64,000 nucleotides of DNA. Origin: Blastocystis sp. subtype 4 (taxonomy: Eukaryota). Below are positions 23,711 to 34,848 of the stretch, piece after piece (positions within the stretch are counted from its first letter, which is position 1; the number at the start of each line of letters is the position of its first letter). Where the stretch lies: positions 1 to 64,000 of the forward strand of contig NW_014569503.1 in NCBI RefSeq assembly GCF_000743755.1, given 5' to 3'. The position numbers and the translations under genes were made by a program. The notes beneath the pieces were generated by a model that was given only the letters and a program-made list of their open reading frames with translations, was not told the origin of the DNA and ran no database searches.

Positions 23711-26032
23711 AACTAGTAAGAGGTAATATATAGGGCTTGATACCATCAATAACCTTCACTAACTTCTGCTGGTTATCTTTGCAAATGGCTGCATTAGGCT
23801 CATAGAACTTCGTTAAACGATCATATGCCATTAAACTATTCTTCACACCTTCAAGAGCAGTAGAGCGATCCACAAAACGTTTATCACTTTTCATAGCATT
23901 CATAAAAGCTGAGATATCTTGGTTAATTCGTTCCATGTATGTAGAATACGTTTCGATCGTAGAGATCGCATGTTCGAATTCAACTCTACACGGTTCAAAA
24001 TACAGTGGGAATCGATTCTCTGCATCTTTCGTACTCTCAAATATGACAAAGTCAGTGACAAGATAGAACATCATGCTCATCATATTCTGAGCTTTTGTAA
24101 ACTTATCATCTGCTGTATTAATCATATTGGAATATTCATGTTCACTCATCATCATTGCATTATACAGACTTAGTGCATTTTCTTCAACAGGACATGGAAT
24201 TGTCATTACCTTGGTAAGAAGAGGATAGCCAACAGGAATTACTAATTTGAAGATATTGCTGTCCTTCAATGAATACCAATTCGATAATTTGGTTTCTTCT
24301 TGGTTGATCTTGGTAATCGCAGTTCGGAATTGGTCTAGGTAAGTAGGAAGCGTTGTTCGGAAATATTTTCTCAAGTCCTCATTGTATCGAGAAGGATAAC
24401 GATTCATACTTCTCTCCACATCAGCCATCAAGTCATCCACTTCTTCCAATGAATCCGTAAAGTTCTTCTTCTCTTTCTCATAATCCTCTTTACATTTATC
24501 AAAGAAATGTTCTTCTTCCTTTTTATGCAATTCCAGAATTTGCTTGTTATAATATTCGGGAATTCCCGCTTTCTGTTCACCTGACCCCAACTACTGTTTA
24601 ATCTCATTACAATCACATACAGCAACAAAATAATCACTATACTCCAACATTGAAAATGCTGATTTGCGACTTTTCTTGAATCGATGAACTAATGTCGATG
24701 ATTGCTTTTTGACATATTCCTGGTATTCCTCTTTTCGTTTCTTCAGTTCTTTACCAGCTTCTCCTCCAAATAACTCCGAAAATGAAATGTCAGAATCAAT
24801 CAAGTGAGTTTCATCACACTTGACAAGAATCTTATCCGGAAGATGATAGACAAACTCACTCCCAGGAATAGTACTTCTCTAGTACTGATCACAAATACAC
24901 ACTCTATACACGAATGAGCCATTCTTTGGAAATAATAGCTGATTGCCTTTTGGCTTCAGGCTCAATTTCATTCAAAATCGGATAAATCTCCCTTACCACA
25001 GAAGGGGAGGTAATCTTGCGAATCTCATCCACAATCCCCTAGAAATCACAATTAGTACCATCAAGTACGTCAAATCGTGATAAACAAGAATAAGCTATAC
25101 CAGTACCATGGACCTCAACATTATCCAATTGCTCCTTCGACATATAACCTTCATAATAAAGAGCCTGAGCAAAACAAAGGTCTCGCATAGCTTTAGAATG
25201 CTTTGCGTATTCATTGAACTCGTCCGAACATCGAGCTAAGGCCGAAACTGCGTTGTCATAAAGACGCTTTGCTCCCATAAACACCACAACATAAGTGTTT
25301 TTGTTCTTCATATAGAGACGACGTGCCTTGACCGCCTTCAAATACTGCATCTGGGCAAGTAGTAAGTAACGGAACTAGAAGTAATTTCAATTCAAGTAAC
25401 ACAAACGAATATAAGAGAAGAAGTCTGTAACTCCGGAAGAGTATTCTGATCGGAATACATGAATGAGATCTCGTTGATAATTACTTGAAGTAAATTGGCT
25501 CCAATCTGCAGACTTGCTACAGCCTCATCAATCCTCTCAACTGTTAATGAGGGCTATCTCTTATTCAATCCATTAACGGCTACATTCACTGCAACATATC
25601 CTTTCTGAGAATAAAGAGCAGCGAGGTTGTATACTACAGCAGCCAGTTCGATAACCAGGCTTGAAGTCGTTATACTAGGCTTCGAAAAGGAATTGGATGT
25701 CCATTTCACAGAAACTTTCGAGTCCTAGAATCAATAAGTGCAAATAGTGGTACACTATATTCAGTACATGGGAAATCCTTTACAATAGCTACCAGTGCCT
25801 TATAGTAGGATTCCAGGGTATCCATGTCAGCATCACTCTTAAAAGAAGTAACTGATACAATTGCATTTCTCCTCTTCGTCACAACATCGAGAAGTTTCGT
25901 ATATTCAGATTTATTATCCTAAAAGTTAAGATCATGGTTGGTACTGACAGGATCAGTGTAACGATTGATAATAGGAACGAGAGCCTTCTTTAGATCGAAG
26001 CTTTTCGTAGACAGGCAAGTCAAAGATAACAT
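23711..26032 (-). CDS. BRO1 domain plus helical V-like domain protein (ALIX/Bro1 family)
   Basis: MLSLTCLSTKSFDLKKALVPII, VKWTSNSF, ELAAVVYNLAALYSQKG, YLLLAQMQY; the unspliced frame runs through TGTTTGTT into the tRNA, so the stop is predicted at 23711. Confidence 0.8.
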
Positions 26033-26338
26033 TATTTGATTCTTCAGGCAAAAAGAGCAATCTCAATACCTAATCCGCCGTTACTAATAGATTCCCGTGA
26101 TTTTCCATTAGAAATCAAGTCGAACTAGTGAGTCACTATCTTCATATTACCTGATGTTTCGATAGGCGGGCATTCACTTTGATGGTGTATGGCAAGATAA
26201 TTTGAAATACTGTGTGAGAGTCCAAAACCATTTTTCCCTTTTAATTTCGTTGCTCTAGATCTTTATTCTTTCCATCTATTCCTTTTCTAAGACTCTTAAG
26301 AGAGATCATCATTTCCTTCACATACCATATATAAAGGA

Positions 26339-27143
26339 ATGGTTCCATGTATTATTTGTTTTTAATTACATAGTCGGGCGCAAAGACCGGAAAGATGTTG
26401 AATTACGTGAACTACCGTATGCGTGTAGTTATTAAGGAAAAGTGCGGCCGTTTGATTGGATTTGTTAATTCATAGTCGTACACTCGTTGGTACTCTTATG
26501 GCTTTCGATAAACACATGAACCTGATTTTGGGTGATTGCGAAGAGTTCCGAAAGATCAAATCAAAAACTGGAGCTGTTGATGCAAATGGTTTGTTGTTTA
26601 GAGTGGTTTTGATAAGAAGGAGTTATTGAAGAGCGTGAAGAGAAGAACACACTTGGATTAGTACTGCTGCGAGGTGAACATATTATATCTCTCCAAATTG
26701 AGGGTCCTCCTCCACAGGATGTGTGCTTTGTTCTTGTTTTTCATTTCTAGCTTCCTACGCAAATGGCAGCTGCTGGTCCAGGTCGCAGTCGTGTTGCTGG
26801 AAGAGGAATGCCTGCTGCTCCGCTCACTTCGGCTCCTCAAGGTCTTGCAGGTCCTGTTCGCGGCTTAGGAGGTCCTGGTTCCAATCTTATGACTACCGGT
26901 CAAGTGATTGCAAGTGCTCCTGTCACCGGAAGTCGAGCAAATATCCCTGCTGGAATGCCTACAGGAATGCCTCGAGGTATGCCTATGGGAATGCCACCTA
27001 TGGGAATGCCACAGATGGGAATGGCTCCCAGACCTGGAATGATGGCGCCTGGTATGCCACAGATGGGGATGGCTCCAAGACCTGGCATGATTCCCGGAGC
27101 ACCGAGACCTGGTATGATTCCTGGAGCTCCAAGACCCCAATAG
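26339..27143 (+). CDS. SNRPB: Small nuclear ribonucleoprotein SmB/B'
   Basis: [19 protein letters not shown]...[24 protein letters not shown]...LGLVLLRGE...[12 protein letters not shown]...[12 protein letters not shown] plus Pro/Gly/Met tail. Confidence 0.96.
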
Positions 27144-27226
27144 TATCTATATATTGTCGTTTTTCTTGTTTCTTCGTAACACGACAATATCCCTTCAAAT
27201 CGTGTTTCCATTTATTCTTTGTAATA

Positions 27227-30200
27227 ATGTCCATAGAATGTAACGAAATTGAAGGAGAGATTGTCTTTGAAAGCGAGATGAAGAAGAAGGGCCGTGTCAC
27301 TCATTTCTGGTTTAAACGGTAATACACTATGGAGTTGATTAAGTACAGATGGATGATTTTGACGGGTTCTGGCAATCTCTATTCACGAAGAATTAAATCC
27401 AAGAAGCAATCGCTCAAATTACTATTCAAAGTTGAAAGAGAGACAAAATTGCACTACTTCTTGCAGTTTTCTTTGTGATGTATGTTGATCCTCAGATCCT
27501 GTGTCATTCAAATGAAAACAGGAAATGGACGAATGTTTCAAATGAAGGCACCCAATCCTGTTACAATGCAGAAATGGGTGCAGCATCTCCAAAATGAGTT
27601 GACTGTTACAAGTCCATCAACAACGTATTCCCTTGGTGCCGATCTAGTTTCTAGAAAACGGAAGAACCTCCATCTTGATACAGATGCTGTCAATGAGGAG
27701 GTAGCTCCTCCTACTCTCTCTTCATCGGTTCTGCCTACGCCTATAGGGAAGCGAGACTTTGATATTCCAGCCTCGTCTCTCCGTCAAAAGGTACTCAACA
27801 AACAAGGAAAGGATTACTCGTCTGAAAGTGCTTCGACAATCCAGAGAGAGTACGTTGCAACGAAGAGTACCCGTGAAGCCATGATGGAAGCCCATAAACA
27901 TTCCCTTTCAGCTACAAACGTATTGGAGGCAGAGGAACAATCCGGTACTAGACCACCAGAAACCAAGACTGACACTTCGTCAACTCAACAAGGAGGAATT
28001 GTCAATGTATCTTCAAGGACAAGACAACTTCTCGTTGACAATAACGTAGCTACCAAGAATGCACGAAGAAAGAGTTTGGAAGAGGAAGTCAATCCAAAAC
28101 AGATCCCTGTTGTTATGGCTACTCCCTCCTTATTCAGTGACAATTCACATGCGTTCTAACCGATAGAAGCCTTTGACTTGTTGGAGATGAGTAAGAAGCA
28201 ACGTCGTGCTCTAAGTACCGGGTCTTCACTAACGGATATGTTCCATTCCATGCAGTTTTTCAATCCTGAGTTTGACCCTGCAACTGAAGAAGCTGAACCA
28301 GCTCCCATTCGATCCATCTTACATGAACGATTCCTTGAAGCATTGGATGCCAGTATCTACGAAGATACCAATGAGACTGTATTGGTCCTTGACAAGGTAC
28401 TGAATCCTGTCCTTCATTACTGATAGCCTGGTTTACGAATGATCAATCAATTGATCTTTAACAAATCAGAACTCAAGAAGTGTGGAATATCTGTTATTCA
28501 AGTCTCTTTTCATTCCTAATGACATGTAGTCGATTCATTCAGCAAAACGTCACGCTTATCCTGACAGTCAAGCTGTCTATGTGATTGATCCTTTGTATCG
28601 TGAAGTAACCCAAGATGTATCTCTGCAATATAGAATGGTGTCACATCATTGGACCTCTGTATCTTTGATCTGATCACAACACCACGTCACTTTGCAACTG
28701 GGTCGATTCTTCTATTGACCAAGCTACCTGAAAGCGTAGAGAATCGAAAATTTTGGGTATTTGTCTTGACAGACTGTAATATAGAAAAACACAATTCTCC
28801 TGAAAGCAATGCGTCTACCTCCTGCTGTTCTTTCTGGTAATACTGAGGTAGTAAGTAATGATCTTGTTCTTCTGAATGTTTTTGTATGAATATGATCTGG
28901 TATTCAGAGTAGATGAGAGACTCTCTCTACTTCACACCTACTAACCCTGAATACAAGGAGATCATCAGTCGAACTTCACTTAACTTGTGTTCATTCCTAT
29001 CTAGTCTGAATGAGTTCCCTTACTTCCGATTTGACAGTGATCACTCTCTTACTGGACAAATTGCTGCAAGAACCTACACATTCCTTGAGGAGAGAATCCG
29101 TAACGATGCAGATTATTGGTATCGAGGATGTATGAACATCCAGAATCGTTCCACAGTCCTTATCATCTCCCGTATGTCTGATATGATCTCCCCTCTTCTG
29201 CACTCCATCGCCTATGAAGCTATGTTTCACGACTATCTTCATATAGGTAACGATGGGCGTGTTTCAGTGAATCCTCACAATCTCCTAACGTTCTTAGCTG
29301 GAGGGCTACCTTCGAAGATCTGTGTTGATGAATATAGTGAGATGTGGGAGTCGATTCGAAACCTGAGACTTGAATGTATCGATTCTAAAATGGATTATCT
29401 GTAGATGCCAAAGAAGTCCTTCAGAAACACATTGACAAATGTGAGAAGTCTCTTCAGATCAGTAATCAGAAGTGTTCTCCAATTCGCTCACTGAATATTG
29501 TGGTAGGAGTGAGATCAAGAGACTGATCCAGAGCAAACATCTCGAGAGTGCTCTGTCATTTCGTGAAGCCTGTGACAACCATCTGAGTGTGATAAATGTA
29601 TTGACTCGAATAGATGATGTGAGAACCATGACAGATTGATGAAATAGCTCTTCCATCTGAAACAGCTGTGCTCTTTGGAACAAACCATCTGTTCAACCAA
29701 ACTCCCTTCAGGAGGTGAATTGACCATTGATGATCTGATCCCTATGATTCAACGCATGCTAACAGAGATGACACTAGGAGAACAAGAGAAACTTCGACTC
29801 CTCCTGATCACTCTCTTTTCATTCCCACATCTTTCTGGAACACAACAATGGATGGCTCTGGTACGATCAGCTGAGATTCAGATAGATGAGTACTGTCGAG
29901 CATTGACTTGTGCAGAGTAGGAGAGGATGGAAGAGATGAGGAATAGAATGATTGCAGATAGTTTGAAATACCAACGTTATAATGAACAATTTCGAAGAGA
30001 TGCAACAGAACGGGTTGATAGTAATCATTCGTTGGAAGACATCGTATATATTCGAAATACTCCCTATCTTGTCTATATTCTTAAGATGATCTTGGATGGA
30101 TACTTGTCACGAGAAGACTTCCCATTCCTATTAAAGCCACCTCGATCGTACGATGTGGACGATTCTGAACCAGAAGTAATCATGGATCCCGAATTGCTGA

Positions 30201-30382
30201 CCGATTTCACACCGAAGAGACATCGACGTTTGTTCCTTGTTATCATTGGAGGATTATCATATATTGAACTCCATCACTTGCGGTCGCTTGCAAAGAGGTT
30301 GAAGCAGCAACTTGTCATCATAACCACCTCGTTATCGAATCCGCAATCCTTTATTCATACCCTCTCAGAAATAGAAGATTAA
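27227..30382 (+). CDS. PH domain fused to a Sec1/Munc18 (SM) family domain
   Basis: PH: EMKKKGRVTHFWFKRWMILT...MQKWVQHLQ; Sec1: VLVLDK, AVYVIDP, LIISRMSDMISPLLHSIAYEAM, EKLRLLLI, RLFLVIIGGLSYIEL; 30-nt intron 28137-28166 joins the parts in frame. Confidence 0.8.
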
Positions 30383-30430
30383 TGTTGATTTGTTTGGTTG
30401 AGTGTTTGTTAATTCATTCTCTCTCCTATC

Positions 30431-33400
30431 ATGAAACTGGAGCGAGATACTTACATCGGAGCTATTACAGCTATAGCTTACTCTCCAGATGGAAAATACA
30501 TTGTTTGTGGTACTTCTCGGAAAGTAAATCATTATCCATAGGAAGTGGTGCATCTCTCCTTATTTATGATAGCCAAACGTTTGGTTTCCTAAAATCGATC
30601 CGTGTGTTAAAAAAGGCATTGGTCCATGGTATTCGGTTTTGTAAGTTAGTAATTTTGATATATGAGAACTAGTCCAAAACATAGTATGTATTTTTGGCCA
30701 AAAGGAGTTCATTCTGTTTGATTGGAATCAATACATCTCGTCTGGTTTCTTGTCTGTTGGAATGATCTGTGAGAAGTATGACTTTGTCGATTGGATCTGG
30801 GATGTTTGTCTCCTTGATACTAGACTCGCAATTGGTACTGCTCATAATACAGTGGTGATGTGGGACATAAGAAGCAACGAACCAACTGAGTGCTATTATG
30901 GAAAGGAACGCTGTATTCTCTATTCTTTATCCTTTTTGAATTTGAATGGAGAATTGCTGGTAGCATCAGGAACTGTCTTCACAGAAGTCCATATTTGGAC
31001 TATAACCCGTCCCGAGAACACAATCATTTGCAAAGCTCATGAAGGCGTTATCTTCAAACTCCGTTGGAGTGATGATGGAAGGTATTTGCTTTCTGTATCG
31101 GATGACCGCAAACTCATTGTCTGGAGACATTCATCTTCAAGTGCTCCTTGGGCTGAATTACAGGCTACTTCTGTTGCTATGCTTCTTCAAGGTACCTACA
31201 CATCGTTATTCCATGCATATGGCCATAAGGCCCGTGTGTGGGATTGCATCTTCATCAATCGACATGTGGTGACAACATCAGAGGATTGTACAGTACGGTT
31301 TTGGGACGAACATGGGACCTGTATTGCATCGATGGGAGGCCATAAAGGCAAGCACGTATGGTGTGGGGCTTATGATGCCAATTCCAACCTTCTGGTGACT
31401 GGTGGCAATGATGGGTCTGTGAAGATATGGGACGTGGATAGCATTCTACAGACATATGAAGCATCATCTTCATATTCCATTACAATTCCATCACTTATTG
31501 ATGTGCCCAAGCAACCTCGAACGAGTAAATCAGAGTGTATTCGAGACATTTCTGTAACTGAAGATGGCAAAGCAGTGATCGTTGCTTCTAACTGGGGATA
31601 TGTGTGGAGTTTGGATGTGGAAACTCGAACGTGGCAAAGTCTCCGGATTCCTCCGACTCACGAGTCAGTTTCGACTGTTGCCTTATCTCCCGATAACTCA
31701 ATAGTAGTTCAAGGAGACTGTCATGGACTTGTTCGAATTCTTTCTGTGCATGGCCTGTTTTCTTCTCTCACCTTCCAAGCGAGTGATAAGAGAATATCTA
31801 AATTTGAATTTGGCGGAAAAGGTGATTCGCCATTTCTATTCGTGATTTCGGCTGATAATACTGTTGGGATGTATTCTTTTGCAATCAAAAATGAGAAGCT
31901 GAATCATTTGATGAATGTGAAACCAGATACCAAGGGAACAATCACCTCGTTGTTGTTTATCCCTGAAGTCGCTGCACTCTGCATCGGAGACAGTGTGGGA
32001 ACTGTTCATCTTCTTCGACTCTCTTTAGGGACTGAAATTGGAACGATTTCTGTCATTGCCAAAAAGCAGCTGAAAAAGACGCATGGTTATCAGCCTGTTG
32101 GCTATATTGCATATCACAATAATCTTCTGTACACAGCTGGTCATGATGGGAAAATCGTGCCATATTCTGTCAATTGGTGTGATCTGTCAGTGATTCCAGA
32201 AGTCACAATTCCTGTTCCAGAAATCAAGCAGATTTTGTCTGTGTGGTGGACAGATCAGTCGGTTTGCTGTGTCTCTGGATACCATGAGTCGACGTTCCTT
32301 GTAATGGATTTAACTCACAACACTGAAATCCTCTCTGTTCCTGCAGGAGGCTGGAAACGACCATCTAGTTCTTACCATCATCCTTGTCATCCGTCTTCTG
32401 GTTTTGTCTTGGCGTTTGCTGCTCCTTCAGGTCACTCGGATATCACAGTATTCCGCCGTGTTCAGAAGAGTTCCCGCCAGATTCCTCCTGCCTTACTGCC
32501 TCCTTCGCATGGGCGAGAATTGAATACGGTTCAATGGGTTGTGATGAACAATAATGAAGGGATTGTAGCTACAGGAGGAGAAGATCGACAAGTGCAATTA
32601 GTACAAATTGAGGTGGGTGATGGATCGTTTTCATGGAAAATACTCCGTTCTCTCGAGGGCCATTCGTCCTGTGTTAGAGCAATTCGCAGTGTGACTCTTC
32701 CAGATAACCGCGGTTATGTGATCATGTCATGTGGAGGGCGAAATGAAGTCTCTGCATGGGAATTGAGCACAGATTGCATGCATTGTCGTTTGATTGGGAA
32801 GTATCCTTCTCGAAATCAGAATACAGAAGGAGAGACAGATCAGCGATTGATGTGCATGGATGTGAAGTTGGTGAATGAATCAACGATACTAATGGTTGTG
32901 GGAGACAGTTGTGGTGTGATGCGGGCTTTTGCGGTTCATTGCGACGGAAAGGGCGTTGAGCCACTTGTTACTGCAACTTGTCACACAACTCCATTACTCT
33001 CAATTGCGATTACAGCACAGAACTGTGTGTTTGTAGGAACAGCGGCTGGTGATCTTGTGTATATTGATATGCCTCTAAGCATTCCTACTGACAATCACGT
33101 AATCCCTTCTGACAGGATTCATTATGATTCTGGAGTCCATGTTATGGGTATAAATGGGCTGGTATTACATCAGCGGGACCAAGAGATTGAGTGTTTAACC
33201 GTGGGAGACGACCAATCGTTTCGTACTAGTTGCTATGATGTGGCACATGGAATGGAGTTGAAGGAACGTGAAGTCTATGAACGTATCTCTGGTTCATCGA
33301 TTCGAAGCCTTGCTGTGATTCCGTCGAAGGGAGTATTCATTACTGGATGGGAACAGAAAGTGGAACGACTTGTGAGTACTGATGGTAGATATATTGTAGC

Positions 33401-33521
33401 AGATGAGATTGAAACGCTAGTTCCAGAGACAACGTGCATTTCTATGACCGAAACCAATGGAAGGATATACGGAGCTGTATGTGGAGCAATGGGCTTTGAG
33501 GTGTTTGAATTGTCTATTTAG
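30431..33521 (+). CDS. WDR6: WD40-repeat protein WDR6/Trm734
   Basis: CILYSL, VASGTVFTEV, SVSDDR, GHKARVWD, GGWKRP, HGRELN, TGGED, TVGDDQ motifs in WDR6 order. Confidence 0.88.
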
Positions 33522-33550
33522 AGATTTGTTTGTTCTTATGTTTTATAGAA

Positions 33551-34825
33551 ATGTTCATCCTCGAATTATTGGGGTTGTTTTCCTTCTTCTTCCTCACCCT
33601 GCTATTTCGAGGACTCAAACCCAATACATCAGTTGAACTATCTGTCTACTACAATGAATCCTCTCTAGTTAGTAGTTGGATGAATTAATCATATAGTCGT
33701 TTGCTTCTATTACTGGAGGTTCATATCCAGTATATTATTCTAGCGTTTCTTATGCGAAAGTCCCATTATATGTTACAGTGATGTGTACTACTTATGAAGG
33801 TGCCGTATGTGGATTTGAGGTGAGTTGATTGTAGAGCGTTAGCAATAAAGTGAAAACAGCTTTGCAAATGCTATCCTATATGCAGAATAAGTATAGTATT
33901 AAAGGAGTTGTGTTTTCCAGTTCTCCTGCTGTTATTGAATATTGCCGACAGTGGAACTTGACTGTTATAAGGCATTATCGAACAAACGAATATGGTGTAC
34001 CCTATTTCCGAACTATGTTACAAACTATTAGTGATATGTATAATGCACAGTCCTATGGATATATGAACAGCGATATTCTTCTTTCTGAATTGTTTATTCA
34101 GACTCTTCCGATTGTCCTGGAGCGGCTGTCATCGAATGGATATGAAGTAAGTTAGAATCATCATTCTCATGTCTAGGCGGAAATCTTCTCTCGTGTGTAT
34201 ACAATCAATCAAACATCAATTAGAATCAATCCGAATAATCTATCTGCCCATCTTTGGAACATTTCCTCATTACTCATAATGCGAACTAGATCGAGTGCTG
34301 TTTGCTTCCTTTGTACATTTTAATCCATAGGATATTTTCATTTTTACGAAGAACTTCAACTTTAGTGTGCTACCTCCTGTGGTGATTGGTCGTCGTGCTG
34401 TGGATCAAGTTGTGGTTGGTTCAGCTAAAGAAGCAGGATACTATCTTATTGATATGTCACGGTGCGGTAAGAACATTCACCTTGGAACAGATCGATGGAG
34501 GTCTAAGATGTCCGGTAAACAATCAGAAGATTCTGAATGGAATGTTCCTTATTTCACATCAAGATATACCCACTATCTGGACATGGCATCAGCAGCTGAT
34601 TATGTGGTGACGCGATATGGTACATATAGCAAGCTCTATATGGGTCGAAATAAGCATGGACTTAAGAAGCTAATTAATAAACCCTATTATGTGTTGACTC
34701 CGTTTCCTCAGAATACTTCGACTGTATTCAACTCGTCTTATAGTAGACGAAATGTTACTATAAAGAAACCATGGCGACTTCTTAGGTCGAGGAGGTTTCG
34801 AGAGTCATTTAACTATGTTATTTAG
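33551..34825 (+). CDS. Type II membrane protein, putative glycosyltransferase-like
   Basis: N-terminal hydrophobic anchor; NEYGVPYF, YGYMNSDILL, DIFIF, VVIGRRAVD, IHLG motifs suggest a nucleotide-sugar-binding fold. Confidence 0.55.
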
Positions 34826-34836
34826 AACTTGTTTGT

Positions 34837-34844
34837 AACCAACA
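34837..34844 (-). terminator. TGTTGGTT polyadenylation element variant (BTB-LRR gene)
   Basis: One mismatch to the motif; in-frame T at 34849. Confidence 0.7.
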
Positions 34845-34848
34845 AGAC

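Noticed and set aside
26143..26260. ATATTACCTG resembling the U1 snRNA 5' end
   Set aside because: Mismatch to ACTTACCTG, and no U1-70K loop, U1A loop or proper Sm-site context
26723..27322. Several overlapping 90-200-aa ORFs on both strands
   Set aside because: Alternative frames of the GC-rich repetitive SmB Pro/Gly/Met tail
11910..30382. Vps18, IST1-like, BRO1 and Sec1 as a trafficking gene cluster
   Set aside because: Interspersed with unrelated genes; trafficking genes are common enough for chance co-occurrence
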